64,000 bases of DNA from sequence record OW849071.1; one strand, written 5' to 3'. Shown piece after piece: positions 18,407 through 29,818 of this stretch. The stretch comes from a plasmid. The translations under genes were made by a program, and so were the position numbers. The notes under the pieces were generated by a model. It was not told the DNA's origin and ran no database searches. It saw only the letters and a program-made list of their open reading frames with translations. How positions within the stretch are numbered: the stretch's first letter is position 1; the number at the start of each line of letters is the position of its first letter.

Positions 18407-19053
18407 TTTTCATTCTCCTTGCGTTCAGTATGCTCTGTCGTTGAATTCATACCGGTTATGGATTTTTCGGCTGCATCGGCTCCGCGGTATTTCAGAAACT
18501 CTCCGACCTTTCTTACCAGACTCTCCGAATCCCGATCGCGTAGTAGTGGAATGCCGGCCTGCCTCAGAACCTCTTCCAGCAGAATATCGCGCCGGATACG
18601 GTGTTTTTTCTGGTGTGAGGCATCATCCAGTTCAACTGCGCCGATGATAGCGAAGGTATGGATGTCAACGATGACCACATCGCAGTGCCACTGTGATGCC
18701 ATCCGGAAGAGTTGCCACCAGGTCCGGGATCGTGGCCGGATATGGGGAGAGAGTGTGGCAATATCTGCCACCCGGACCTGAGGACACAACAGCCAGCGTG
18801 TTCGGCTGGTATGCCTCAGCAATGCCCGGAAAAAATGTTGTTCCCGTGGCGTCATCAGTGTGTCATTACCCACCCAGACCCGCTGGCGACACAACCGTTG
18901 CTCAGCCTCTGAGGGGCGAATACCCAGGGCTTTCAGTGACCTCAGAACCGGGGAAGTCTTCGTTACTGCGCGTCCTTTCAGAAGCAGCACCAGAAATCCC
19001 AGCAAACTCAGCACAACAACGGTACTGCCCGCCATCATTAATATCTTTGCCAT
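18403..19053 (-). CDS. Membrane-anchored DUF2726-type (restriction-endonuclease-fold) protein; start placed at MAKILMM
   Basis: N-terminal TM (MAKILMMAGSTVVVLSLLGFLVLLL) plus a C-terminal region with D...E..K-like residues (VVIVDIH...ELDDASHQKK). Confidence 0.5.
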   Translation of the reverse strand: MAKILMMAGSTVVVLSLLGFLVLLLKGRAVTKTSPVLRSLKALGIRPSEAEQRLCRQRVWVGNDTLMTPREQHFFRALLRHTSRTRWLLCPQVRVADIATLSPHIRPRSRTWWQLFRMASQWHCDVVIVDIHTFAIIGAVELDDASHQKKHRIRRDILLEEVLRQAGIPLLRDRDSESLVRKVGEFLKYRGADAAEKSITGMNSTTEHTERKENEK

Positions 19054-19108
19054 GTATTTTATTCCCTGATGTTCCTTTCTTTCCCGATGCGTTTTCCTGT
19101 CGTCTTCC

Positions 19109-19753
19109 TCATCTTTCTGTCCCTCTTCTGATAAGGCAGAACTCTGCCGGCAGCCTGTCGAGCAACGCGCGGCGAAATACATTCGGCAGTCCTCTCCCGG
19201 CTACAACATCAGCAATCAGAACTGATATGACGCTAATCTGCAGGAAGTGGCACAGGACAAAACCAATCTGATGCACCAGTTCCGCAGCAGGCATATTACG
19301 AAGAGCATTAATCAGCCGGATGGCATCCTGTGGGGAACCCCAGGCGAGAATACCGATACCGACCAGCATCACCGCCGGCGTATACAACAGCCCCCGGCTG
19401 ATAACCCGTCCGGTCAGGCCTGTAAGCTCACACCTTTGCTGGCGAAACACCTCATCATCCCGGAGGATTTCCCATTCCAGCCGGGCCTTTTCATGGCGCG
19501 GCACCTCGGCCACCACCTGAATACCGTCGCGAATACTGACCAGCGGTGAGACCTCTGGCTTTCTCATCCGGTCGATGTGCCGGGTGTACAGGGCAAGGCC
19601 TGCCCAGAACAGCGCGACAGATAACGCAACCAGATAAAATCCGCTTGCCCGGGATACAGGAGAAAATAAAACCATCTGAACCAGTGCCAGCGCGCAGCCG
19701 TATAAATAACAGAATAACTGCTGCTCAGGGCGCAGAATGAAATATCTGAACAT
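19109..19753 (-). CDS. Hypothetical polytopic membrane protein (about 4 TM)
   Basis: 214-aa hydrophobic ORF directly upstream of the DUF2726 gene. Confidence 0.45.
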   Translation of the reverse strand: MFRYFILRPEQQLFCYLYGCALALVQMVLFSPVSRASGFYLVALSVALFWAGLALYTRHIDRMRKPEVSPLVSIRDGIQVVAEVPRHEKARLEWEILRDDEVFRQQRCELTGLTGRVISRGLLYTPAVMLVGIGILAWGSPQDAIRLINALRNMPAAELVHQIGFVLCHFLQISVISVLIADVVAGRGLPNVFRRALLDRLPAEFCLIRRGTER

Positions 19754-19802
19754 ATTGATTCCTTTTTAGATAAAAATAACATTCACAGCCGTCTTAATTT
19801 CA

Positions 19803-20405
19803 TTATCGCCAGACCACTGTTTTCTCATACACCGCAATCACACCACGCCTGATTAATTCCTCTTTAACGCGACCATAAAGCGCCATGCCTTTTGTATTAC
19901 CGGACAGGGATTTAATATAATTCATCAGGGATGAAGTATTCGCCGGGCGGTTCCCTGCAGATTTTTTACTTAATGACTGGACTTTATCGGTCAGGTGCAG
20001 CACTTCATCGTTACTGATTACCATAGGTGCCGCCTTCGGTTTCTCTGCAGAGCAAGGCGATGATATACGGCAACATCGTCTCCCCGCCCTGCATAGCTCG
20101 GCAATGACGCCATCATAGCCTTTATCATTCGAGATAATATGAAATATCATCTCTTCCGGTGCAGTCGCGCTAAGTCTTCCCAGCTCAAACACCAGATGGA
20201 AGTCCACATTATTTTTTGACACATTCGCAACCTGGAATACGCTTACCGATATATCACCTGCATACGTTACAGCTGGAAAACGTATAAACTCCTGCTGAGG
20301 CCCGGTAAATAAAATAAGGCGTTCATAACGGGACAGACGGACACTTTCAAGTGTACCAATATTTTCATAATCTACGAGAGCAATAATTTTTTCAGTCATC
20401 GTCAT
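19803..20405 (-). CDS. NYN/PIN-like nuclease domain protein with a C-terminal OST-HTH/LOTUS-like domain
   Basis: N-terminus IALVDYENIGTLESV...LILFTG...FHIISNDKGYD typical of NYN (LabA-like) domains; ~70-aa C-terminal helical domain. Confidence 0.5.
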   Translation of the reverse strand: MTMTEKIIALVDYENIGTLESVRLSRYERLILFTGPQQEFIRFPAVTYAGDISVSVFQVANVSKNNVDFHLVFELGRLSATAPEEMIFHIISNDKGYDGVIAELCRAGRRCCRISSPCSAEKPKAAPMVISNDEVLHLTDKVQSLSKKSAGNRPANTSSLMNYIKSLSGNTKGMALYGRVKEELIRRGVIAVYEKTVVWR

Positions 20406-20565
20406 CCAGAATCTGTCTGCACGGACAGTTATGATGCCGCAGCCTGTAATGCGGCAAATATAAAATGAATACCTGTTGCTATTTCAGGCATACCCTCAGC
20501 TAATTTTCGTTACATCTATTAGCTGAGGATTCCCAGGTATAATTATCAGGAATGGGTAAATATAA

Positions 20566-21174
20566 TTAAAGGGTCTGACTCATCTTTCGTTCAGCCCGCA
20601 GCAGCTCCTTCATCATGCGCTCACTGGCGTACTGCGCTTCCTCTGCAGTGACGGTCGCGACGGCATTCCCCTGCAGATCATAGCGGGAGGCCCCCACCTT
20701 CATCCGGGACAGATAGCCCGCAGACCGGGTCAGACTCTTCAGGCACTTAATGACCTGTTTATGCGACAGCGGCAGGTCGCGGTTCACAATGTCGGCGAAC
20801 AGCTGTTCGCGCATACCCGTTGCCAGCAGACGGGGTGAGTTTCCGTCGAACAGCTGTGGCCAGAATGCCTTCAGGGTCATGATGGCCTGTTCCGGCGGCA
20901 GCAGGCGAAGATAATGCACCGGAGGTGGCGTCTTTACCGCTTTAACCGGCACCGGCGCAGCGTTGCGCGCGGCGGCTTCGGCCGCTTGTTTAACCTTCTC
21001 AAGTTTCTCTTTTTTTGCCTTCCAGGCCGGCGGGGACGAGACCACCACGACCTTCTTTCGGCGCACCACACCAGGAGCAGGGGTCGCCTCTGCGGAGGTC
21101 GTACTGTTCTCCGCCGGTTTTCGTTTCAGGCTCAGTACAGGGCGTTTTTCTTCACTCATAAGGGGCCATATCAA
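20566..21174 (-). CDS. finO: Fertility inhibition protein FinO (RNA chaperone for FinP)
   Basis: ...EKRPVLSLKRKPAE...TLKAFWPQLFDGNSPRLLATGMREQLFADIVNRDLPLSHKQVIKCLKSLTRSAGYLSRMKVGASRYDLQG... resembles F FinO. Confidence 0.85.
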   Translation of the reverse strand: MIWPLMSEEKRPVLSLKRKPAENSTTSAEATPAPGVVRRKKVVVVSSPPAWKAKKEKLEKVKQAAEAAARNAAPVPVKAVKTPPPVHYLRLLPPEQAIMTLKAFWPQLFDGNSPRLLATGMREQLFADIVNRDLPLSHKQVIKCLKSLTRSAGYLSRMKVGASRYDLQGNAVATVTAEEAQYASERMMKELLRAERKMSQTL

Positions 21175-21314
21175 TAAAAGCTACAGGTCTGAGGTATACG
21201 ATACGCTAACGGTATCATCGTTTCACCTCGCAATGCAGTGGACACAACGATGATGTCCCCTTTGTCACGTTTACGGGCAATGTGCCCGCCCCCGGACCTG
21301 TGTCCGGTTTTTTT

Positions 21315-22040
21315 TTACATCGAGACGACAATACCGAGTACCGCCAGGTGCACGGCATAGAACATCACGAAGAACTGCCGCGGCCAGAAGCGTTTCACAC
21401 GTTCTCCGGCAGATGAGCACACCATCAGCGTCAGCAGCGCAATCGCCAGCCCGGCCACTGATTCACTCACGTCATGCATATTCATCAGCAACACCATGAG
21501 GGCCCACAGCACCCCGTATCCCAGCCGTTCCGGTGCATGCTGTGCGCGACAAAGCAGCCAGCTGGCGGTGAGCATGCCCACTCCGGCCATGCCGTAGCTG
21601 CCGGTTGACAGGGGTATCCAGGTGACCAGCAGTCCAGCCGCCGGGAGGGTGTAATACCAGGACGGCTGGCTGACCCACCGCAGGACCTGGCCCGTAACGG
21701 CAAAGGCAAACAGAATATTCCCGGTATACCACGGGTATCCAATAAGCATAAACGACACCTGGGCGACCAGCGCCCAGCCCCACAGGCTGTTCAGTTGAGA
21801 CTGGCGTATTTCCGCGTGCCGGGCCAGATTCATTCCCCATGCCAGACCGAACAGCGGAAAACAACCACGTCCCAGCAGGCGCATCACTTCATTGTTTCCG
21901 GCCAGCAGTAAGCCGGTGTGGTCAGTCACCATCAGTACCAGTGCGACCGTTTTAATCATATCCGTTTGTCCCGGTGTCCAGGTCAGCAGGCGCTGAAGCC
22001 AGCTGTCTGTCGCGCCTGGAAATGTGTATTGTGCTCTCAT
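21315..22040 (-). CDS. traX: TraX, F-pilin N-acetylase
   Basis: Polytopic membrane protein in the canonical position after traI. Confidence 0.8.
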   Translation of the reverse strand: MRAQYTFPGATDSWLQRLLTWTPGQTDMIKTVALVLMVTDHTGLLLAGNNEVMRLLGRGCFPLFGLAWGMNLARHAEIRQSQLNSLWGWALVAQVSFMLIGYPWYTGNILFAFAVTGQVLRWVSQPSWYYTLPAAGLLVTWIPLSTGSYGMAGVGMLTASWLLCRAQHAPERLGYGVLWALMVLLMNMHDVSESVAGLAIALLTLMVCSSAGERVKRFWPRQFFVMFYAVHLAVLGIVVSM

Positions 22041-22119
22041 ATTTTTTTCCTTTTAGCGCACCGGCAGACTGCCCGATTTTAATCGGGGAGGCTGCCGGTG
22101 CAGACAAGCCGCAGGCGCG

Positions 22120-25100
22120 TCAGTCGCCCCCGAGTGTTTTCTCGCGGTTAAGGTCACGAACCATGTCACGCTCCACAGCCTGCAGACGCTCACGCTGCAG
22201 ACGTTCTGAGGCCACCTGCTGAATCGCCGCCTCCTGGCGCCGGAACTGAGGATCATCCGGTAGCGTCGTTTTCTCCGTACCCGGCCGGTCACGCTCCAGT
22301 CCGCGAATGACGTCCCCGATAACCTCTTTCACCCGGTCCGCCGGCTCGCCGGCTTTACGCGCCTCCCCGGCCACTTCCCGGGCAGTCTGTTCCGCCTGTT
22401 TTTCCATTTCCCGGCGCTGCTGTTCTTCAGCCGCCCGCTGTGCCAGTACCTCTGGCGGGAGGATAATGTCAGCCCCGGCCTGCGGTACCGGAGCCACCGG
22501 CGCAGGTTCAGCCCATACCCGCCCACCGGTCATGGCCCCGGGGTTCCAGGGGCGGTCATCACCGGCCAGCCGCACCACCACCCCCGTATCGGGATTGTCG
22601 CGGGCCATTCTGACGCCCTCCCCCATATTCCCGGCCAGCAGGCTTTCTCCGTTGCGGCTGTTCTGCAGCGCCACGAACCGGGCGTCTTCATTGCCCATAA
22701 TTCGTCCCCCTCCGCCGATAGCCTCCAGCCGTCCGTCCCGATCGGTCAGCGGGCTGAGCCAGATACCGGCGGCTTTCCCGTTTTTATCAAATGCCGGCAG
22801 CGCCACATGCGGCTGAGGGTACTTTTTCCCCGGAGAAATGAATTTTCCCGGTGAACTTCCCTGTGCCAGACCGGACTGCTGCAGGGCTGCCCGGCCCGCG
22901 GCGGTTTCATCCAGTGGCCTTGCCCGCCCGAACAGCAGATCGGCGGTTTTCACCGCCCGGTCGTTACGGGGTTCAAGAATATCGTGCGCCGTCGCTTTCT
23001 CAGGTGAATGCTTGATGGCCTTTATCCAGCCCTCACGGCTGTCGGTGTAGACCTGAACATGCTGTTTCATGCGGGATAAAGCCACATAGGCAGACTCAAA
23101 GCTGGCCATCTGTTCCCGGCCACCGGCCACCCCTTCCAGCGCGATGGCATACGGCTCGCTGGCCCCCTGGGCGCCGTGGGCGGTGATGGCGTAGGCGAGG
23201 TCGATATGCTGCTGTGCCTGCTCCGCCTTCGGGGTCAGCGTACGGGTGAGTTTGCCATCAGACAGCGTGACACTGTCACCCGAAACAGACTGCACTTCCC
23301 AGATACTGTTGGCCACATAGCCGCGCTCCGGGTCACTTTTGCTGAAGCGCATTCGGTCCCCCTGAGACACGGTGATCTTTTCCTGACGATAGAGCGTGAC
23401 GCCTTCTGCCGATGCCTCCCGGGGTGAGATAAATCGCTCCTTTCCTTCACTGTCTGTCAGGGTGATCAGCTGATTATCCTTATCCACTTTGCTGATACGG
23501 TGGTATACGTTATCAACCAGCGCCACCGCCTCCTTGTGAGCCGTCCAGGTCGACAGTTTGCGCAGTTCACCGTCACGGATGTTACTCGTGACCAGCACCG
23601 GCAGGGTGATTTCCTCTTTGCCGGTTTCCCCGTTCTCCCGCCGTGCGTCATGGATCAGACTGTTCAGCGCCCGCCGGTCCTTATTCAGATGGGTGATCAC
23701 CAGCGTCTGCGACTGTGCCTCCGGGGTCCGTCCGGTATAGTCCTTCACCAGCGCCTCGTAGAGTGTCGCGGGCTGACCTTCCGGCAGGGTTTTCCCCTCG
23801 CTCAGCGCCTTTTCTATCGCCTTTTCCTGCTTTGGCGTGAATTCCACCACAGAACTGCCCGGCGCCCATGCGCCTTCTTTTCTCGGCACCTGCTCCGGCG
23901 TGACCTGCTCGATGGTGGTCAGGGCGCGGTGCACATCCCGCTCAATCAGGCTGTAGACCGCCGGTCGCAGCTCAGGCATCTGGCGTACAATCTCTTTCAT
24001 GATGGCAACGTCGGCGGCGCTGCGCTGCTGCGTCAGCCTGAACGGCTGGCCCGACGCGATGGGCGGCAGCTGGTCGGTATCCCCGCTGGGCACCGCCCGT
24101 CCACCGCCGGCGGCGATGAGGGAGTGGGCTTTTGCCATATCGGCCAGCCCCACCATCGAGCTCTCGTCGAGCAGGAACAGGGTGTTGCTGAAATCGGGTG
24201 TCTGCCCATTGCGCTGCAGCAGCTGCGTGTCGTGGAGGAACGACGCCGTCGTGCGCGCATCCACGCCAGCACTCTGCATTTCCCCGACCGCGCGATGCGT
24301 CGGCGCCAGACCGATGACGCGCGGGCGGGTCTCTTCCGGCAGCAGACTGATGGCACTCATGACTGCCCGGAACTGGGTGGTTTTCCCCACCCCGGCATAC
24401 CCCTGAACCACCGTGAACCGGTCCGTGCTCTCCAGAATCATCCGGGTCGCCGCCCGCTGTCCGGCGGTCAGGTCCGTCATCAGACTGGCCGGCACGCGGT
24501 CCATCAGGGGGGCCACCGCGCCTTTACCTTCCAGCACGTGGGTCAGGATGCTTTTTTCGGCGTCCCAGGTCTGACGGGAAATCAGCAGGTCATTGCCGTA
24601 GCCGTGCGCCACCGGTACATTCAGCAACTGCCCCGACCTGATTTGTGCCTGGATGGTCGTGTCGATGTCCGCCATCGAAACCTTCCCGCCCCCGGTTTCC
24701 ATTGCCGTCGCCAGCAGCTGGGGCCGGGAGAAGGTCAGGTCCTGGCTCTCAAGCAGCGGGATGGCCAGGTGAATGGCCTGTTCTGCCGGGGTATGCAGCC
24801 CGGCCTTCTGCTGCGCAATGGCCGTATCCAGGTCCGTCTCGCCGGATCGGGACTTCAGCTGCTCTGAGACCACGCTGAACGCGGTATGCCGCGACAGCTT
24901 CTCCGTCGTGCGCGCCGCATCCTGCGCCGAGTACAGCCGGAGGTGACTTCCGCTCTGTGCCAGCTGGTTGAGGGTGGCGTTATCCAGCTCACGCTGCGTC
25001 ACCGACGCAAAGACCGTTGCCGTCTCGCTAACCGACCTGCCGGGACTTTCCACCCAGCCGTGGCCGACTTTAATACCGTCAAACACGCCCGCGCCCGCGG

Positions 25101-27378
25101 CCAGGGTCTGCGTGGTTTTCTGCCCCGGCCGCTGTACCGTCAGCTGCCCCTCCTCCACTTTCATCACCGTGATGCTTTCCCCGCCTTTCAGGCGTGTGTC
25201 CGGTATCTTCCCAAGCACCGCCAGACGTTCCCCCTCTGCCACCGGCAGTGTATCTGCCCGGAACAGCGTCCACTGGCTGTCGACCGCGGAAACCTTCAGA
25301 TCCAGACGACCCCCTTCCCGGTCTTTCAGGGTCAGCATATTGCTGCTCGCGGTCACCCGGTCAATGACAAAGCGATCGTGCGTCCGGTTCTCCGGATCCC
25401 AGCGTTCCATCACCATCCCCTCCCGGTAATAATCCCGCACGCCCCGGCTTTTGCTGTCCAGCCACACCGGCGTCAGGGCTGTAATGGTCGTGTCTTTCTC
25501 ACCCAGCACCCCCTCCTGTCTGAGGGAGTCACGGATGAGGCCGTTGAGTACGCTCTGTTCACGGGTCCCGCTGATTTGGGCCACGCTTTCCTGCCCTTCA
25601 CGCACGCTGACGGCAAACTCCTGTGCCAGCCGGCTGTAGCGTGCTCCTTTATCCGGTTCACTGATGATGTCGGCTGTGGTCTGATGGCCACCCTGCCAGC
25701 GATACGTATTCACGCCGCTGTCCTTCAGCACCGCCAGCGCGCTGCCGGTCCCGCTGCGCTTCCCGCTGTCGGAGAGCAGGACCTGCACGTTATGGCGCAT
25801 CGCGCCATCGAGCAGGGAAATCGTTTCCTTCAGGCTCAGCTTCTCCGCCTGATCCACGATGAGTGTTCCGCCCGGAATAAACGCCGTCCCGTCCTGCAGG
25901 GCGGATTTACCGGTCACCGTTTCCCCGGCCAGACGCACATCACCGGCGAGAAAATCACGTGAGCGGTTATCGGCCGCCAGGATATGGACATCACGCCCCT
26001 GCTCCCGGGACATCAGGGTTAACTCGGCCACCCGCTCCCGCTGGCCGGTGGCACCGCCCTGACCGGAAACGATACCCATTACCGGGCGATCCTGCGCCAG
26101 CACGCTGACGGCATCGCTGAAAGGAACCTGGCGCACCACAGACGCATCGGGCGTGACGGAGACATGATTCTGGCGCTGCACCTCCTGACTCAGGGCTTTG
26201 ACGGCGAGTTCATCGAGAACGTGGATGTTTGAGGTGAACAGCCCTTTCTCGCGATCGAGAGGGATAAGCTGCTCCCGTTCAATGGCGGCATCGATGCCCT
26301 TTCTCGCCAGCTCAAACACACCGTCCTTCGCCTCCAGCTGGCCGACCGTGCGTGCCAGCAGGTCGGCATACGTGAACTGCACCTTGCGGTCGCTGAGACC
26401 GGCAATCGCTTTCGTCACCACATCCGTGATATCCGGACCGTCAGTGTTCACCGGCGCGGCAGGTGCACGGGCCAGCTCTGCGGCTCGCGCATCGGCGGCC
26501 TCACGGTACCCCCGGATGTCAAACCCGGTCTCCTTCAGCGTGTTCATCCACTCCACCATCTTCTCTGCCGGATCGATGGCTTCTTTCGACTTGCGGGTAT
26601 CGAGCGCGGCCACATCCCGTGACTTCAGGGAGGCATCGGGTCCTGCAGCCTCCCGGAGTTCCTGACTGCGCGTGGAAAACGACTCAACCGGCACGCCCTC
26701 CATCTCCCACATGCCATTCCGACCCGCATCGACTGTCTTGTAACCCATAGACTCAACATCGGCCCTGAGAGAGTTCTGGTATATCTTTCCGAAAGCGATG
26801 CGGTTGGCCAGTATGGTTTCGGAGAACCCGGTTTTACCGACGGTATCGCTGGCCAGCGTCTGCCATTTATCGCCGTTCTGTGTCGCGTTGATAACCACGC
26901 TGTGTGTGTGTATCTGTGGATCCTGAGCGCGCGATGTATCATGGTTAAAGCGGGCAATAATCAGATTCCCGGTCAGGACTGTTTCAGACACGCCATCTTT
27001 CTTTACCCGTGTGGAAGCAAGGGACTCCACCTGGTTAAGAGCCACTGTTACCGCGCGATTATGAGCATCGATGAGACGCTTATCGCCGCCCAACATAGCC
27101 AGCATCGATACACTTTTCGGTGCCGAGAACGTCAGGTCATAACCGGGCCGGTGCTTATTCACGCCATCCTGTATCCGGGTCAGGTCGCTGCCATCAGGTA
27201 GTTTTCCCTGCAGAAGCTCCGTGAAGACCTGCTTGTCTACCTTTCCTTCAAGTCCCAGCAATTCTGCGCCTTTACCCTGCCAGCGCTCCTCCATGCTCCC
27301 GATGACGTAGTAATTGTCTTTCTCTGTGTAGTAGTTACCGGCACTGCCCGCCGATTTAACCTGGCTGAAACTGAGCAT
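22120..27378 (-). CDS. traI: TraI relaxase/helicase (1752 aa)
   Basis: [43 protein letters not shown]...; collinear with F TraI to the ...MVRDLNREKTLGGD C-terminus. Confidence 0.95.
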   Translation of the reverse strand: MLSFSQVKSAGSAGNYYTEKDNYYVIGSMEERWQGKGAELLGLEGKVDKQVFTELLQGKLPDGSDLTRIQDGVNKHRPGYDLTFSAPKSVSMLAMLGGDKRLIDAHNRAVTVALNQVESLASTRVKKDGVSETVLTGNLIIARFNHDTSRAQDPQIHTHSVVINATQNGDKWQTLASDTVGKTGFSETILANRIAFGKIYQNSLRADVESMGYKTVDAGRNGMWEMEGVPVESFSTRSQELREAAGPDASLKSRDVAALDTRKSKEAIDPAEKMVEWMNTLKETGFDIRGYREAADARAAELARAPAAPVNTDGPDITDVVTKAIAGLSDRKVQFTYADLLARTVGQLEAKDGVFELARKGIDAAIEREQLIPLDREKGLFTSNIHVLDELAVKALSQEVQRQNHVSVTPDASVVRQVPFSDAVSVLAQDRPVMGIVSGQGGATGQRERVAELTLMSREQGRDVHILAADNRSRDFLAGDVRLAGETVTGKSALQDGTAFIPGGTLIVDQAEKLSLKETISLLDGAMRHNVQVLLSDSGKRSGTGSALAVLKDSGVNTYRWQGGHQTTADIISEPDKGARYSRLAQEFAVSVREGQESVAQISGTREQSVLNGLIRDSLRQEGVLGEKDTTITALTPVWLDSKSRGVRDYYREGMVMERWDPENRTHDRFVIDRVTASSNMLTLKDREGGRLDLKVSAVDSQWTLFRADTLPVAEGERLAVLGKIPDTRLKGGESITVMKVEEGQLTVQRPGQKTTQTLAAGAGVFDGIKVGHGWVESPGRSVSETATVFASVTQRELDNATLNQLAQSGSHLRLYSAQDAARTTEKLSRHTAFSVVSEQLKSRSGETDLDTAIAQQKAGLHTPAEQAIHLAIPLLESQDLTFSRPQLLATAMETGGGKVSMADIDTTIQAQIRSGQLLNVPVAHGYGNDLLISRQTWDAEKSILTHVLEGKGAVAPLMDRVPASLMTDLTAGQRAATRMILESTDRFTVVQGYAGVGKTTQFRAVMSAISLLPEETRPRVIGLAPTHRAVGEMQSAGVDARTTASFLHDTQLLQRNGQTPDFSNTLFLLDESSMVGLADMAKAHSLIAAGGGRAVPSGDTDQLPPIASGQPFRLTQQRSAADVAIMKEIVRQMPELRPAVYSLIERDVHRALTTIEQVTPEQVPRKEGAWAPGSSVVEFTPKQEKAIEKALSEGKTLPEGQPATLYEALVKDYTGRTPEAQSQTLVITHLNKDRRALNSLIHDARRENGETGKEEITLPVLVTSNIRDGELRKLSTWTAHKEAVALVDNVYHRISKVDKDNQLITLTDSEGKERFISPREASAEGVTLYRQEKITVSQGDRMRFSKSDPERGYVANSIWEVQSVSGDSVTLSDGKLTRTLTPKAEQAQQHIDLAYAITAHGAQGASEPYAIALEGVAGGREQMASFESAYVALSRMKQHVQVYTDSREGWIKAIKHSPEKATAHDILEPRNDRAVKTADLLFGRARPLDETAAGRAALQQSGLAQGSSPGKFISPGKKYPQPHVALPAFDKNGKAAGIWLSPLTDRDGRLEAIGGGGRIMGNEDARFVALQNSRNGESLLAGNMGEGVRMARDNPDTGVVVRLAGDDRPWNPGAMTGGRVWAEPAPVAPVPQAGADIILPPEVLAQRAAEEQQRREMEKQAEQTAREVAGEARKAGEPADRVKEVIGDVIRGLERDRPGTEKTTLPDDPQFRRQEAAIQQVASERLQRERLQAVERDMVRDLNREKTLGGD

Positions 27379-29690
27379 CAGAAATTCCCTCCAATCTCGA
27401 CATCATCCTGCTCATCGTGACGGTGGCTGTGGTTGATATTGACTTCCTCACGCCGCTGCATATCCCGCTGTGTCTGCTCATCTGCCAGCCAGGCGTCATA
27501 CGCCTGCATGTCCTCGATGACGCCGTCCTCGTTCATGCCGGCCGGCAGCATGTCCTGTCCCTGTTCCGCTGACTGCTGCGCCAGTTCCTGTTGTGTCCCG
27601 CCTGCAGCTGTTGCAGGGGCACCGGAAGAGGATGCTGTTGAGGCAGCAGCGGCCGCTGCGGCTGCTTTTGGTTTGATCAACGGTACGGTCGTGACCCGCA
27701 GGACGGAAGGCTCCGTTGTTCTGACGGAAGGTTCCGCTGCCGGACGCTTTATTGTCGGCGGCGCTTTTACCGGTTCCGGAGATACTGTCATGTCTGCTGG
27801 CGCAGGCTGACTGACCGGCTCAGGTTGTTCACCGGCGTGACTGTTTGTATCAGCGGGCCCGGATGCCGGCGCATCCGGAGTGAAAAGCGCCCTGGCAAGG
27901 CTGCCTTCAGCTTCCCGCGCTTCAAGCAACGCACTGAGCCGCGCATCCACCCGCGCATCGAGAGTGCGAGGAATAAATCCCTCGGCAATTTTCGGACGCG
28001 GCTTGTATTTGAGGGCCAGCTTCACGGCCGGATATGGCCCGGGCAGCGTGACGTAACAGGACAGGTCAGGCAGCGTCTGAATATCGGAGTAACTGACCAG
28101 CGTTTCCCGCTCTTTTTCTTTCCCGGTCGATACACCATCACGCACCGGGTCAGCACCGTAAGAGTACTGCTCGCTGGCTTTGAGGATTTCCTTCTCGCCA
28201 ATTTCACCGGCAGCAAACTCCGCGATCTCCCTGCTGGGTGAACGGAAGAAGGCCCGGGTGTTCATTACGTCAAAGAGCGTGGCGGCAGGCTTAACGCCAT
28301 AGATGTCTTCCAGCTGGGCATAGGACTGAATACCGAAAACATAACAACCACCAAATTTACGCGCCTCAGGGAGGATTTCGACCAGGTCAGGCAGCTTGTG
28401 CAGCGTGGGGAGCTCGTCGGCGAATATCCACACGCGCCGGTTACGGTTCTCCCCCATCGCCAGCAGGCCGCGGATGGCAATTGACAGCCACATCGAGATA
28501 ACCGGCTTCAGGGAAGCATGGGTGTCGGCGTTGGAGGAGATAAACAGCCAGCCATTGGGTCTGTCCTCACGGACACCGCGCATCCAGTCCCGGATAGTGA
28601 ACGGCTCCCCGTTCTTCTCGATGCCCTGCAGGTAGCGAATAGCCTTGACGTAGTTGGTCAGCACGGCACGAATGGAGATGGCCGTTTTCTCAATTTTCTC
28701 TTCAACCAGGTTCGCTGCCGGCGTGTTCTGCAGATAAGCGCGCAGCTTGTCGATTTTAATGGACAGCATGGTATCGACCAGCTTCTCGTAGCTGCGATCG
28801 TCGTCTTCGCGCATCAGATACGCGCCTTCGGCAAAGATAGTGCGACCGGAGCCCTGCCAGAACGGGTCTTCTTTGGTACCCATCGGGATAAGGGTGTTGG
28901 AGATGTTGTCGAAGTCCGGCAGCGTCAGGCACTCTTTCCACAAATCCCAGGCAGCGCAGCGCGAATCCAGCGGGTTGAGGATTTTATCCAGTGACGGGTC
29001 GTAATAGCTTTTGACGAACTCACAGGAGCGATCGTAAATGATGGCCATATCGCCACGTGCACGCACGTAGTTCAGTAGCCGGCGGATCACTTCTGATTTA
29101 CCGGAACCTACGGTACCGTGGAGGCAAAAGTTCTGGATTTCGGAGTTTTTAAGAATAGGCAGATCGCCAATTTTAATATCGGAGGCCATACCATCACGCT
29201 TCATCTGACGGGCCACTTCTTTGGGCTTATCGGAAAGCTGGCGCCCGCCGGTATTCTCATCCTCACTCTGCTGTTTCCCCTGGCGGCCCAGCACCCAGCT
29301 GGCGATGAAGAACGTCACGATACAGATAACAAGAGAAACCACGGCTGCAAAGACGAAACTGGTCCACAGCTGCTCTCCGCACCAGATAGTATATTTATCG
29401 GCCAGGATTTGTTCTGAGGTATATTCCAGCGACTGGCCGTAATACTGAATGGTGTATACCGGCTGGGAACGAATAATATCGCGCATCGGACCCAGCGTCG
29501 TACACCACCAGTATACGCAGCCGTTCACAAAGGTTTGCCAGCTGAGCCGGTACATCAGCATCAGCCCGCACAGCACCCAGAATAAAATAAACAGCACGTA
29601 GAAAATAATATTGGCAATCTGACCAAACATGCGAAAGCGCATATTGGCGATCTGACCACCCTGCGTCATATCTTTGGCATTAAAACTCAT
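27378..29690 (-). CDS. traD: TraD type IV coupling protein (Ala/Pro-rich C-terminal extension, acidic tail)
   Basis: Walker A GTVGSGKS plus TM N-terminus; C-terminus ...[12 protein letters not shown]. Confidence 0.95.
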   Translation of the reverse strand: MSFNAKDMTQGGQIANMRFRMFGQIANIIFYVLFILFWVLCGLMLMYRLSWQTFVNGCVYWWCTTLGPMRDIIRSQPVYTIQYYGQSLEYTSEQILADKYTIWCGEQLWTSFVFAAVVSLVICIVTFFIASWVLGRQGKQQSEDENTGGRQLSDKPKEVARQMKRDGMASDIKIGDLPILKNSEIQNFCLHGTVGSGKSEVIRRLLNYVRARGDMAIIYDRSCEFVKSYYDPSLDKILNPLDSRCAAWDLWKECLTLPDFDNISNTLIPMGTKEDPFWQGSGRTIFAEGAYLMREDDDRSYEKLVDTMLSIKIDKLRAYLQNTPAANLVEEKIEKTAISIRAVLTNYVKAIRYLQGIEKNGEPFTIRDWMRGVREDRPNGWLFISSNADTHASLKPVISMWLSIAIRGLLAMGENRNRRVWIFADELPTLHKLPDLVEILPEARKFGGCYVFGIQSYAQLEDIYGVKPAATLFDVMNTRAFFRSPSREIAEFAAGEIGEKEILKASEQYSYGADPVRDGVSTGKEKERETLVSYSDIQTLPDLSCYVTLPGPYPAVKLALKYKPRPKIAEGFIPRTLDARVDARLSALLEAREAEGSLARALFTPDAPASGPADTNSHAGEQPEPVSQPAPADMTVSPEPVKAPPTIKRPAAEPSVRTTEPSVLRVTTVPLIKPKAAAAAAAASTASSSGAPATAAGGTQQELAQQSAEQGQDMLPAGMNEDGVIEDMQAYDAWLADEQTQRDMQRREEVNINHSHRHDEQDDVEIGGNF

Positions 29691-29818
29691 GGCACTAATC
29701 CGTCAGTAAAGTATTAGGGTCGGAAGGACAAATTAATCAGCGGAAATACACCGGCACAGAAAACAGGATTACAGTCATGCCCGGATCCATAGATGACCAG
29801 GCCGGATACTTATTGCTA

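Noticed and set aside
22307-27201. Many long plus-strand ORFs (e.g. 23500..24867, 455 aa; 24886..25962, 358 aa) antisense to traI
   Set aside because: High-GC antisense artefacts with Arg/Pro/Gly-rich low-complexity translations; traI on the minus strand explains the region fully.
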